From an uncultured Chloroflexia bacterium (GTDB lineage: Bacteria; Chloroflexota; Limnocylindria; QHBO01): DNA of 64,000 bases. The position numbers were made by a program, and so were the translations under genes. Where the stretch lies: the NCBI GenBank assembly GCA_963759405.1, contig CAVWZA010000008.1:1722-65721 (forward strand). Direction: 5' to 3'. Position 1 is the stretch's first letter; each line of letters begins with the position of its first letter. Below the pieces are notes generated by a model, which did not search any database, was not told the DNA's origin, and saw only the letters and a program-made list of their open reading frames with translations. Below are positions 1-9,719 of the stretch, piece after piece.

Positions 1-138
1 TCGAGGACTGCGGCGAAGGCGGCTCCGGGCAGGGGCCATCGCACGATGGAAAGAGGGACGGCCAGGCGCACCGCGACGACTGCCGCGCCGGCTCGCGTCA
101 ATCTGACGCGGTGCTGTCCGGTCACCACGTACCTGGGC

Positions 139-779
139 CTACGGTGCGATCGCGGCGATCCCAGCGGCGAACGCATCGGTCCCGATCTCGGCCGTCGCCC
201 GCGATGCCACCGTCCCATCAGCGTTGACGAAGACGAAGCCCGGGAACACGTTCAGTCCGAGGGCGACCAACCCGCTCGAGTCCGCGTCGTCGGTGAGGAC
301 CGGCGCCTAGGCCACCTCTCGCGCTCGAGCCATGCGGAGGGCGGGTAGTTCGGTCGCGCCGGATCGATGGCCGTCGACAGCGTCACGACCCGGACGCCTT
401 CGGGCAGCGGATTGTCGGCGAGCCATGCCGTCAGCTCGGCAATCTCGGCCTGGCAGTGCGGGCACCAATGCGCGACGGCGACGATGACTTCGGCGCCGTC
501 GCTCGGACCGATCGTCATCGGATGTCCGTCGAGGCCGATGCCGCTGAGGCTCGGGATCGGCTGGCCGACTGCAGGGTCGGCCCCGGAATCAGGCGACTCC
601 GGGAGCGCCGCTCCCTGGATGGCCAGCGGTTCCGCAGCCGGCTCCACGACCTCGGCCGTCGAGGGCTGGGTCAGCAGGACGGCGAGCACCGCAACGATCG
701 CGACGACGACGAGACCGCTAACGATGATCGGCCAGATAGATCGGGCGGGTTTGGCGGCCACCTTCGACTTGCGCGGCAT
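139..779 (-). pseudogene. TlpA/ResA-like membrane-anchored thioredoxin-fold thiol:disulfide oxidoreductase; one frame break near 296-300
   Basis: ATG at 777-779 starts MPRKSK plus a TM helix (IWPIIVSGLVVVAIVAVLAVLL), followed by a thioredoxin fold with WCPHC (ORF 252..1184). After ...PSAWLERE.WP the family-typical tail APVLTDDADSSGLVALGLNVFPGFVFVNADGTVA...AIAP* continues in another frame and stops at 139-141. Confidence 0.75.
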
Positions 780-805
780 GCCGCGGCTCTTGGCCGCACG
801 ACTGG

Positions 806-1359
806 TCACGGGGTCTGGCTCCTTCGGGCGGTCAGCAGGGAGAGGACGACGATGATCGACACGAAGCCGATGAGCGCCATCACGGGGATGGTCACGAAGC
901 CGAAGCGCTCGAGCTCGATCGCCGAGCACGGCGCCTCCAGCGAGCACGCCCCCGACGGCAGCCCGGGAAGGCGTTGCAGAGCGACATGGTACGCGGAGAC
1001 CACGGCACCGATGCCGGCGAGCGGGATCGCGTAGCGCGAGACTCCGCGTCATCGCGCCAGGCGGCGATGCCAATGATGAGCGCCAACGGATACATCGCGA
1101 TCCGCTGGTACCAGCACAGAGTGCACGGAACCAGGTGGCCGATCTCGGAGAAGTAGAGGCTGCCTGCGGTAGACGTCCCCGCAACGGCGAACGCCAGCCA
1201 CAGACCGATGGGGCTGACGGTCACCCGCACGGACCGATATGCATCGGCCGCCGACTCGCTCCATCGCCCGGCGAGTGCCAGCAGGACGACACCGATGGCG
1301 CCCGCGGCGGCGAGAAGCGCCAGCAGCGCCAGGAAGGTCGAGACCGTGAGCAAGCTCAT
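806..1359 (-). pseudogene. DsbB/BdbC-like disulfide bond formation membrane protein; one frame break near 1040
   Basis: ORF 892..1425 from ATG 1357-1359 reads [16 protein letters not shown]...[26 protein letters not shown] (CxxC in loop 1). The C-terminal half [21 protein letters not shown]...GACSLEAPC...[14 protein letters not shown] is in the frame of ORF 806..1003. Confidence 0.75.
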
Positions 1360-1459
1360 CCGGGCAACGGGTCTCCTCGTCGAGCGGGCGGGACGACATG
1401 AGCGTATCGGGTTTCCGCCCTCCACGGGCAGAGCCGAATGGCACCGATCACGCCGTGCC

Positions 1460-1479
1460 GCATTACTGATCCGTAATGC
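1460..1479. promoter_or_regulatory. Perfect 7-bp inverted repeat GCATTAC-N6-GTAATGC in the divergent dsbB-like/SnoaL-like intergenic region; possible operator
   Basis: Read directly. It is a locally AT-rich palindrome in a 70% GC background, placed between divergently oriented genes. Confidence 0.25.
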
Positions 1480-1588
1480 CCGACCCCGCCAGCGGTGCTA
1501 AACCGGGGCTGGAGGTCGGCCGCGATTTGGTCCACGTGCCGCCCCCGGTCATCCGCAGTTTGAGGTCACCCCGTAGGAGGTGCGCGAT

Positions 1589-1981
1589 ATGGACGAGTCC
1601 GCCATTCAGGAGCTCATTGCCAGCCACTTCGCGGCCGCCGGCAAGGACGAGGTCGCAGCGGGCGAGATCTTCGCCGACGAGGCGGTCATCGAATGGCCGC
1701 AGAGCGGCGAGCGGATCCGCGGCAAGCAGCAGATCATCGCGATGCACGAAGCGGCACCGTTTGCTGTGGACATCGCCATCCGGCGCACGATCGGCAATGG
1801 CGACCTGTGGGTGACCGAGAGCACGATCCGTTATGACGGCGAGCGGCCCACCAAGGCCGCATTCATCATGGAGTTCCGTGATGGAAAGGTCGTCCGCGAG
1901 ACCGATTACTTCGGAGAGCCTTTTGCCCCGGCCGAGTACCGCTCGACGTGGGTGGAGCTGATGAGCGAGGACGAACCCTAG
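1589..1981 (+). CDS. SnoaL/NTF2-like (ketosteroid-isomerase-like fold) protein
   Basis: ORF 1580..1981. AGGAGG at 1575-1580 sits 8 nt upstream of ATG 1589, so 1589 is preferred over GTG 1580. It is a paralog of CDS 2847..3317, sharing ...WPQSGE.IRG...DG...RE..YFG.PF.P...R...VEL. Confidence 0.8.
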   Translation: MDESAIQELIASHFAAAGKDEVAAGEIFADEAVIEWPQSGERIRGKQQIIAMHEAAPFAVDIAIRRTIGNGDLWVTESTIRYDGERPTKAAFIMEFRDGKVVRETDYFGEPFAPAEYRSTWVELMSEDEP

Positions 1982-2072
1982 GGTTCCGGTTCAGGAAGCG
2001 GACGACTGCTTGTTGTCGCAACGTCCAGCTGGCTCTGGGTGTAATGCTCGCTCGGGGCATCTGAGCGCTAGG

Positions 2073-2127
2073 AGACCCGTGGCGTGAGGCTGCCCGGGAG
2101 CAAAGCTCCCACTCACGGCACGGGTCT
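2073..2127. repeat. Hairpin module copy 1
   Basis: Outer stem AGACCCGTG/CACGGGTCT. Middle stem GCGTGAG/CTCACGG. Conserved 7-nt bulge GCTGCCC. Inner stem GGGAGC-AAA-GCTCCC. CGTTAGG follows 28 nt downstream. Confidence 0.7.
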
Positions 2128-2402
2128 ACATCTGAGAACGCAAGGGCTCGCTCGCCGTTAGGGGCTGGCTAATGGCGCGGCACCCGAGTGGACCGCTGCC
2201 GGCGCAGTCCTCGATGGGAGCGGTAGGGTGCCGTCTTGGGTCAAATGGACCCTAGACCGGGCGGTCTAGACTTGCGAGACGCCCGGCTCCTGTTCTCCCC
2301 CCGCAGGACCCGGGCGTACTCGTGCCCCCAAGCCAAAACGCGGATGAGGGGTAGCTACTCCGCGACGGTCCTCGATGGCACCAGAGCCACGGCCACCGGG
2401 GT

Positions 2403-2462
2403 GAACCCCGGCCGACGAGGCTGCCCGGGAGCATAGGAGCTCCCACTCGCGGACCGGGGTTC
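2403..2462. repeat. Hairpin module copy 2
   Basis: Outer stem GAACCCCGG/CCGGGGTTC differs in sequence from copy 1 but keeps the same pairing. Middle stem CGAG/CTCG carries a T-A to C-G swap. The GCTGCCC bulge and GGGAGC/GCTCCC stem are identical to copy 1. CGTTAGG follows 30 nt downstream. Confidence 0.7.
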
Positions 2463-2545
2463 GCAATGTACAAACGCGCGCTACCTGGCCTCGTTAGGTT
2501 CCCATGCTGCGAACCTCAACACTCGGGTCGACCGGGAGCCTGTTG

Positions 2546-2710
2546 CTACGTGCCCAGCCAGAGCGCGATGAGGCTCGGGACCAATCCGACCGCGATGAGC
2601 AATCCGCCGACGACCTTCTCACGGCGGCGAGCCCGGAGGACCAGGTCGGTTCCCCACCACACGAAGATGGTCAGCCACGTCAGCACGCCGGCAAGGATGA
2701 AATCTCCCAT
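2546..2710 (-). CDS. Possible small two-TM membrane protein (54 aa)
   Basis: C-terminal part of ORF 2546..2896 from an internal Met: MGDFILAGVLTWLTIFVWWGTDLVLRARRREKVVGGLLIAVGLVPSLIALWLGT. No clear SD sequence, so it could be spurious. Confidence 0.3.
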   Translation of the reverse strand: MGDFILAGVLTWLTIFVWWGTDLVLRARRREKVVGGLLIAVGLVPSLIALWLGT

Positions 2711-2846
2711 GGAGCCGATCTTGTCGCCGGACCTCTGCGGCCCAACTTCGGTTGGAGCCGGCATGCTCGACCGAGACTCGCCGAAGTCGTCGGGCCGATA
2801 CTTGTCTGGACACGCGGATGGAAGCAGCGCAGAGCGAGGGCGAGGA

Positions 2847-3317
2847 ATGGGAAATCGAGCAGTGGTCGAGCGATTCACCGAGGCGCTGGCGGCCAACGAC
2901 TTCGACGCACAGGACGCACTCCTGCACGACGACTATGTGGGCCGCTACCCGCAGTCGGGGGAGATCATCCGGGGCCGGGAGAACCGGCGGAAGATCATGG
3001 AGAGCTACCCGGGTACCGAGCGCGGGATCACGGCGTCCTCCGACCGGATCGTCGGCTCGGACGACGAGTTCGTGACTGGGCCGTCCTGGAACATCATTCA
3101 CCTGTCGGGATCGGGCGACGACATGTCGTTCACGGGCCGTATCACCTACCCCAACGGCGAGACGTGGCATACCGCCCTGTTTCTCACCATGAGGGACGGC
3201 AAGATCTGGCGTGAAGTCGCGTACTTCGGCCCAGCCTTCGACCCACCCGCATGGCGGGCATCGCTTGTGGAACTCGAGCCGCCCTCCAAGACACCTCTAG
3301 GTCGCGAGGGGATCTGA
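2847..3317 (+). CDS. SnoaL/NTF2-like protein, paralog of 1589..1981
   Basis: Internal ATG 2847 of ORF 2466..3317 is preceded by GAGGGCGAGGA. Sequence MGNRAVVERFTEALAANDFDAQ...YPQSGEIIRGRENRRKIME...REVAYFGPAFDPPAWR. Confidence 0.8.
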   Translation: MGNRAVVERFTEALAANDFDAQDALLHDDYVGRYPQSGEIIRGRENRRKIMESYPGTERGITASSDRIVGSDDEFVTGPSWNIIHLSGSGDDMSFTGRITYPNGETWHTALFLTMRDGKIWREVAYFGPAFDPPAWRASLVELEPPSKTPLGREGI

Positions 3318-3447
3318 AGCAGGCTCCGAGAGCATCGCGGTGGCGCGCTCGGCGGCGACCGTGAAGCCTTTGTGCAACCCCGCGGCACCTACCGAGGGAC
3401 CTGTCGACATCCGGCCGCTCAGAGTGTGCTGGGTGGTCACGTAGGAT

Positions 3448-3815
3448 GTGCAGGTGATCAGGTTGGTGGCGGTCATCTGGTTGATGGACGGAGCCGTCCT
3501 TGCGTTCGGCGCCCTCCTCTCCATCGTGGCCAGTACGCAGTCCGCCAACACCATCCTGACCCTCGCCTTCGCGGCACTGATCATCCTGTTCGCAGGCGCC
3601 TGCCTGATCGTCGGGACCAGCCTCCTGCAGGCGCCGACGCCGACGATCCTCCGGGTCTCGTTCCTCCTCGGCGCGGTGCTCACCATCGCCGCCGTCGTGT
3701 ATCTGCTGTTCGGCGCCGGGTTACCGGGTCACGAGGCGGAACCATCGTCTGGGCCGTGGTGGCGGCGCTCAGCGCGACGGCGGGGATTCTCACGCTGATT
3801 TTGCGCCGCTCCTAG
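3448..3815 (+). pseudogene. Four-TM membrane protein of unknown function; frame break near 3725
   Basis: ORF 3448..3798 gives three hydrophobic helices. The last helix plus tail (TIVWAVVAALSATAGILTLILRRS*) is in the frame of ORF 3372..3815. Confidence 0.5.
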
Positions 3816-3842
3816 CCGTTCGGGTGGAGCTGACGGGGTCGG

Positions 3843-4524
3843 TCAGGAAGACTCGGGCAAGGGCGCGCCTTTGATGCGCGCGTACAGCTTCGCGGCGATG
3901 TCCTCGACCTGCTGCCTGCTGACCTCTTCCGGCGGGCCGAACGTCGTCACTTCGTACGCGAACGGCCCATCCGAGAAGTACACGCTGTACCTGGCGTCCG
4001 GCTGGATGTCATCGCCGATCCGATCGATGGACTCCTGGGTGGCGATCGCCTGCACACCTTTCGCATTCGGCACGCCGGCCGGTTGGAACTCGGTGATCTC
4101 GTAGGCGCACGTCTCGGGACAGGGCCTGAGGCCGATTCTGTGCGCGACGTCGGCGGCCTCGCTCGCTCCCGCAGCCGACTCGAACTCGGTAGACAACCGT
4201 GAAGACGTGAGGCGACCCGCGGGATGTGCTCGCCGCCCGGCTCGCTCGGGAAGAAGCGGGTATCGATGACCAGGGAGACGAACCCCGCTTCCCCAGTGCG
4301 CGGAGATCCTCGTCGTAGATGGGAGGCCCGCCGAGCTCTGCCTCGAGCTCGTCGAGCCCCGTCGCCGTCACCTGCGTCTCGTCCGGGTCCGGCTCGGATC
4401 CGGGGGCCTCGGCAGTGCCCACAACCCTCTGCTCCAGCGTCAGGGGTGCTGCGGCCTCTTCGCTTCCGCACGCTACGAGCAGCAGACCGAAGGCGAGCAC
4501 GGCAACGAGCGTGGCTAGCCTCAT
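3843..4524 (-). pseudogene. Lipoprotein of unknown function; two frame breaks (about 4290 and 4200)
   Basis: MRLATLVAVLAFGLLLVAC-GSEE is a signal peptide with a lipobox (ORF 4009..4524). The coherent sequence continues in the frame of 3947..4471 (EAGFVSLVIDTRFFPSEPGGEHIP) and then in 3843..4196. Confidence 0.5.
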
Positions 4525-4629
4525 CGGCGGATCTTACTTACTTCGAACAGCTCAGAGCTAGAAGCCAGGATCGCTCGACCGTCGTCTACGATGCTGGGCC
4601 AATGACGCTGCCCGACGAGGAGCAACCGC

Positions 4630-7345
4630 GTGGTATCGAGCGGAACCGAACGGGAACCTGATGCCGAACGGCGGCGCCTCGCGGAAGCCCGCGATGGCGA
4701 CGCGCCGTGGCGGCTTTGGGGACCCTACCTGTCCGAGCGGCAATGGGGGACGGTCCGCGAGGACTACTCCGACGACGGCGACGCGTGGTCGTACTTCAGC
4801 CACGACCAGGCGCGCTCGCGCGCGTACCGCTCGGGTGAGGACGGGATCGCCGGGTACTCGGATGAGCGACAGATCCTGTGCTTCGCGCTCGCTCTCTGGA
4901 ACGGCCGCGACCCGATTCTCAAGGAGCGCCTGTTCGGGCTGACGAACGGAGAGGGCAACCACGGCGAGGACGTCAAGGAGTACTACTTCTACGAGGACGC
5001 CACGCCGACCAACTCGTACCTCCGCTTCGCGTACAGGTACCCGCAGGCTCCCTTCCCCTACGACGACCTTGTCGCGACCAATGCGAGTCGAAGTCGGACC
5101 GATCCCGAGTACGAGCTCCTCGACACGGGCGTCTTCGACGATGACCGCTACTTCGACGTCGAGGTGGAATACGCCAAGGCGAACCCGACCGATACCGCGA
5201 TCCGCATCACCGTGACGAACCGCGGCCCGGAGCCGGCCGCCATCCACCTCCTGCCGACGCTCTGGTTCCGCAACACCTGGTCGTGGGGCGGCGACGAACC
5301 GCGGCCGGCGATGCGTGGGACGGAGGTCGGGGGAACCCGGGTCATCGCGGCCTCTCACCCCGAGCTCGGCGAGTACTGGCTGATGTGCGACGGCGCCGAT
5401 GCCCTGCTGTTCACCGAGAACGAGACCAATTCCGAACGCCTGGGCGGTCCGCCCAACCGCACGCCGTTCGTCAAGGATGGGATCGGGAGATACGTGACCG
5501 ATGGGGACCTGGGCGCGGTCAACGGCGCGCGGGTCGGGACGAAGGCCGCGGCCCACTACCAGCTCAGCATCGAGCCAGGAGCGTCGGTGCCCATCAGCCT
5601 GTGGCTGAACCATGCGGGCTCACCGGACGGCCCTTCCGCCGGCGATGTCGAGACGGTGATCGACCTGCGCCGTGCCGAGGCGGACGCGTTCTACGCGACG
5701 GTCATCCCGCCATCGCTGGGCGAGGATCAGACGCGCGTCATGCGTCAGGCGCTTGCCGGGATGCTCTGGTCGAAGCAGACCTACCAATACGACGTGCACC
5801 GCTGGCTCGGCGACCACGGCATCGATCCCTTGAGTGGCGATGCCGCCGAAAGCCGCAACCTCCATTGGCATCACATGCTCAACGCCGACGTCATCTCGAT
5901 GCCGGACAAGTGGGAGTACCCCTGGTTCGCGGCGTGGGACCTCGCCTTCCATGTCATCGCGCTCTCCGTCGTGGACGAGGACTTCGCCAAGGACCAGCTC
6001 GAACTCATGCTCCGCTCGGAGTACCTGCATCCGAACGGTCAGCTTCCCGCGTACGAATGGAACTTCGGCGACGTGAACCCGCCGGTCCATGCCTGGGCGA
6101 CGATCTTCACCTACCGACTCGGCCAGGCGTCGCGCGGTGAAGGCGACGTGGACTGGCTCGAGCGCGTCTTCCACAAGCTCCTGCTGAATTTCACGTGGTG
6201 GGTCAACCGCAAGGACCGATCGGGGAACAACCTCTTCGAGGGCGGGTTCCTCGGCCTCGACAACATCGGCGTCTTCGATCGATCCGCACCGCTCCCGACG
6301 GGCGGCCACCTCGAGCAGGCGGATGGCACGGCGTGGATGGCGATGTTCAGCCAGAACATGCTCGAGATCGCCACTGAGCTCGCGATGCACCGCCCGGCGT
6401 ATGCGCAGCTGGCCGAGAAGTTCGTCGAGCACTTCCTCTGGATCGCCACGTCGATGATGCACGCGGGTGGGGACACGGGCATGTGGGACGAGGAGGACGG
6501 CTTCTTCTACGACGTCCTCCGTCTCCCCGACGGAAGCGCACAGCGGTTGAAGGTTCGGTCGATGGTCGGCCTCCTGCCACTGTGCGCCGTGACGTCCTTC
6601 GAGGGTGAGCTCCTTGACCGATACCCCGAGCTCGCCGAGCGAATGCGTGGCTTCCTTGCTGCTCGGCCGGAGCTGCGCTCGTTCATCCACGACCCGACCC
6701 TCGTCGGCGTGAACGGCCGGCGGCTCGGGTCCATCCTCGACGAGACGAAGCTCCGCCGCGTCCTCGCCACGATGCTCGACGAGTCGGAGTTCCTGAGCCC
6801 GCATGGGATCCGATCGCTCTCACGCCATCACGCGGAGCACCCGTACGTGTTCGATGTCGGAGACGCCGAGTACCAGCGTCGCCTACCTGCCGGCCGAGTC
6901 GGACTCGGGGATGTTCGGCGGCAACTCGAATTGGCGCGGCCCGATCTGGATGCCCGTCAACGCGCTGATCATCCGGGCCCTGCTCCAGTACTACAGCTTC
7001 TACGGCGACGCGTTCACCATCGAGTGCCCCACCGGGTCCGGCAGGCAGATGACCCTGTACGAGGTCGCGCACGAGCTCGAGCGGCGGCTCGAGTCGATCT
7101 TCCTGCGTGACGCGTCGGGGCGGCGGCCGGTGTACGGCGAGACGTCGAAGTTCCAGGACGACCCGAACTGGAGCGACCACATCCTCTTCTACGAGTACTT
7201 CCACGGCGACAACGGGGCCGGCCTCGGGGCAAGCCACCAGACGGGCTGGACCGGCGTCATCGCGCGCGCGATGCACCTGTTCGCGACCACCCCACCCGAG
7301 CGAGTCGTTGAGCTCCGCAGGAGTCGTACGTCGGTCGAGACCTGA
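4630..7345 (+). pseudogene. GH63-like (MGH1-like) glucosidase, about 900 aa; one frame break near 6876
   Basis: ORF 4630..7110 contains WRLWGPYLSERQWGTVREDYS...ARSRAYR.GEDGIAG...LCFALALWNGRDPILKERLFGLTN.EGNHGEDVKEYY, which I recognise as this glucosidase family. The C-terminus [28 protein letters not shown]...[20 protein letters not shown] is in ORF 6803..7345. The start could lie upstream (ATG about 4604 in another frame). Confidence 0.85.
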
Positions 7346-7953
7346 GCGTCGGCTGCCGAGCCTCACCTCTCCGAGCGGACAGGAAGTCGAGGATGCGACC
7401 GGTCATGAGCTCCGTCGCCTTCCGGTCGTAGGAGGGGAGTGACGAGTCGGCGAACAGGTGGACGTCGCCGGGATACAGGAACAACTCAGCGTGCTCAGTA
7501 GAGTCGACCAGGGCCTGCGCCGCATCGAGATCACCCCCTTCGACGAAGTTCGGGTCAGCGTCCATGCCGTGGACCTGGACCGGTACGCCCTCCGGCCATC
7601 GGTCTCCGAATTCCGTGACAGGCAGACAGGCGTCGATCAAGAGCGCCCCGCGAGCGCCTGCCCGGGTCTGCGCGAGCTTCTGTGCGGGCATGACACCCAT
7701 CGAGAAGCCGGCATAGACCAACTCGGTCCCGAGTGCCTCGCGCTTCGTTGACCCCCCGGTCGAGGATGGCGTCGAACCCCACCGTCTTGGCGTGGGCCAT
7801 GCCCTCATCGAGGGTGGGGAAGGTGCGGCCGTCGAACAGGTCGGGCGTGTGCACGGTGTGACCCGCAGCACGCAGCTCATCGGCGAAGGCAGCGATTCCA
7901 GGCGTGAGACCCTGAACGTGATGGAACAACACGATCTCGGCCAATCTCTCCAT
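7257..7953 (-). pseudogene. Dienelactone hydrolase family protein; frame break near 7745; 3' end uncertain
   Basis: MERLAEIVLFHHVQGLTPGIAAFADELRAAGHTVHTPDLF is in ORF 7555..7995 (ATG 7951-7953). The rest, ...LVYAGFSMGVMPAQ...LFLYPGDVHLFADSS, is in ORF 7257..7880. The as-read tail overlaps the convergent glucosidase; an alternative-frame stop near 7364 would remove the overlap. Confidence 0.7.
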
Positions 7954-7958
7954 CTCCC

Positions 7959-7992
7959 TTCTGGATTTGACTATCGATCCAGTTTTCTGGAT
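7959..7992. promoter_or_regulatory. AT-rich operator-like repeats: TTCTGGAT at 7959 and 7985, plus CTGGAT/ATCCAG inverted repeats
   Basis: CTGGAT 7961-7966, ATCCAG 7977-7982, CTGGAT 7987-7992. They lie in the 66-bp divergent intergenic region directly upstream of the ArsR-family gene. Confidence 0.35.
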
Positions 7993-8019
7993 CAATCGGA
8001 GATGTTAGTCTGATCGGCG

Positions 8020-8592
8020 ATGGCAAGCAACTCCGTGCCGGACTACGACCTCGATGACACGATGGCGCTGACGTCCTCAGTCCAGGTCCAGGCCATCGGG
8101 AGCCGATTCCGGACAACCATTCTCGGTCTGCTCCACGAGCGCGCGGCCAGCGTGTCGGAGATCGCCGCAGCCGTCGGTCGTCCGAAGAGCTCCGTCGCCT
8201 ATCACGTGAATGTCCTGCGCGACGCCGGCCTGGTTCGCGTGGTGCGGACGCGACGGATCCGAGCCATCGAGGAGCGATATTTCGGGCGGACGGCGCGCAT
8301 GTTCTACGTCGGGGTCGGTGCGCGCCCGCACGAGGAGGGGCTTCCCCTGGACCTGAATGACCTCGATACAGCCGTGCAGGAGTCCCAGCAGGCATATCAG
8401 GCTCAACGGCTCTGGTCGTACATCCGCCACGCTCGGATTCCGCCCGAGCGAGCCGCCGAGTTCTGGGACGAGGCAATCGCACTGGTGCACGAGTTCGACC
8501 GCCTTCCCCGATCCGGCGCCACCGCATATGGGTTCGTGGTCGGCATCTACCCGATCCCCGATTACCCGGTGTTGCCCGAGCCTGAGCCGTAA
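8020..8592 (+). CDS. ArsR-family winged-helix transcriptional regulator
   Basis: ORF 8020..8592. RFRTTILGLLHERAASVSEIAAAVGRPKSSVAYHVNVLRDAGLVRVV is a typical ArsR HTH. Confidence 0.8.
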   Translation: MASNSVPDYDLDDTMALTSSVQVQAIGSRFRTTILGLLHERAASVSEIAAAVGRPKSSVAYHVNVLRDAGLVRVVRTRRIRAIEERYFGRTARMFYVGVGARPHEEGLPLDLNDLDTAVQESQQAYQAQRLWSYIRHARIPPERAAEFWDEAIALVHEFDRLPRSGATAYGFVVGIYPIPDYPVLPEPEP

Positions 8593-8593
8593 G

Positions 8594-9251
8594 GTGACCG
8601 AGCCTCTGATCCTGCGCGCCGCTGACCTCGTGGCCGAGCGACCGGAGGGCACGGCGGATGACATCCACTTCACCGAGGCGCTGGCAGCGTCCGTCATCGG
8701 CTACGCCAGCCTGCCGGGAGAGCTCGTCCTCGACCCGTTCGCTGGCTACGGCACGACCGTGACGGTCGCCGAACGGATGGGACGGCGGGCGATCGGCATC
8801 GAGCTCGTCCCGGAGCACCTCGAGATCGCTCGACGCCGAACCGGCGGCGGGGCGAAGCTGATCCTGGGAGACGCGCGGGAGCTGTCGCGGCTCGTGGATG
8901 AGCCGGTGGACCTCGTGCTGACCTCGCCGCCGTACATGCCGAGCACGGATCACCCGCAGAACCCGCTCACCGGCTATGCGACCGATGACGGCGACTACGC
9001 CGTCTACCTGGGCGAGCTCGGCTCAATCTTCGGCCAGGTCGGCTCACTGCTTCGGCCGGGCGGCCGGCTGGTGGTCAATGTTGGCGAACGTCGTCGCCAT
9101 CGACGGCAGCGTGACGCCGCTGGCGAGCGACATGGCAACCGTCATCGACCAGCACGTGCCGCTGCTCGGCGTGACGACCTTGCGGTGGGACGAGCCGCCA
9201 CCGGGCCTGGACGGCGACTACCTGCTCTGGTTCGCGCGCCCGGACGCGTGA
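8594..9251 (+). pseudogene. SAM-dependent methyltransferase with SPPY motif IV (N6-A/N4-C DNA or N2-G RNA type); frame break near 9081
   Basis: GTG 8594 lies 2 nt after the ArsR stop. Motifs occur in the order I (LDPFAGYGTT), II (AIGIEL), III (LGDAREL), IV (LTSPPY). The tail NVVAIDGSVTPLASDMATVID...LLWFARPDA* is in ORF 8976..9251. Confidence 0.65.
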
Positions 9252-9278
9252 TTCGGTTCGATGAGCAAGGGCGGATCG

Positions 9279-9636
9279 CTACGTCGTGATGTCCACCACG
9301 CAGAAGCGATTGCCCTCGGGGTCGGCCAGGATCACGTAATCGGCGTCCGGCGGTCGCTTGTCCCAGTGCACCTCGGTGGCGCCCAGCGCGAGCAGGCGGC
9401 TGACCTCACCGGCCTGGTCATCGGTGTAGAGGTCGAGGTGGATGCGCGGGGGCACCGTCAGCGCTGACCGATGCAGGTCGAGCGAGAGGTTTGGCCCGAT
9501 CGCCGTCCCTCGGGCGCATGAGCACGAAGTCGTCGTCGTTCTCCTCACGAGGCACGTAGTCGAGGGCCGCCGCCCAGAACTCCGCCTGGCGCTGCAGATC
9601 CTCGACACGGAGAACGATCGAGCCGACCGTGACCAT
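9279..9636 (-). pseudogene. VOC/glyoxalase-family protein; frame break near 9500
   Basis: MVTVGSIVLRVEDLQRQAEFWAAALDY... from ATG 9634-9636 (ORF 9418..9687). The C-terminus ...IHLDLYTDDQAGEVSRLLALGATEVHWD...YVILADPEGNRFCVVD is at the end of ORF 9279..10433. Confidence 0.7.
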
Positions 9637-9719
9637 GGATCCGATGGTAGCCGAGCCGCGTCTATACTGGCCGCCCGCGACAGCCATTCAGGGTGCTGGC
9701 GCGTGCAGTCGAGGGATGG

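Larger units (their letters stand above)
2060..2500. ncRNA. Candidate structured non-coding RNA or hairpin-element region of unknown family; strand undetermined
   Basis: No credible ORF. Contains two homologous three-stem hairpin modules (2073-2127 and 2403-2462) with compensatory changes. Further perfect stems lie between them: GGGTC/GACCC 2238-2252, CTAGACC/GGTCTAG 2252-2269, ACGCCCGG/CCGGGCGT 2279-2317. Confidence 0.4.

Noticed and set aside
1-138. Possible 5' end of a minus-strand gene (for example a CcdA-like membrane protein) running off the left edge
   Set aside because: Only about 45 codons are available (VTGQHRVRLTRAGAAVVAVRLAVPL...). There is no diagnostic motif and the frame is uncertain given the indel problem. 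That is too little to call.
2060-2500. Known housekeeping RNA (tmRNA, RNase P RNA, SRP/4.5S RNA), a riboswitch or a tRNA in the large non-coding gap
   Set aside because: On either strand I could not find GGAAAGTCCGG or ACAGAAnCCGGCTTA (RNase P). I also could not find a tRNA-like acceptor/T-arm ending CCA with a tag ORF (tmRNA), or GGUCCGGAAGGAAGCAGC (SRP). A cobalamin B12-box, a TPP CUGAGA core in context and a cloverleaf are likewise absent. This was checked by eye only, so an Rfam scan is still needed.
7257-7345. 88-nt tail-to-tail overlap between the dienelactone hydrolase and the glucosidase as a real feature
   Set aside because: The hydrolase tail in this stretch ([29 protein letters not shown]...) is Arg-rich junk. 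A one-base shift gives a stop near 7364 directly after the conserved ...RILDFL helix. The overlap is therefore probably another indel artefact.
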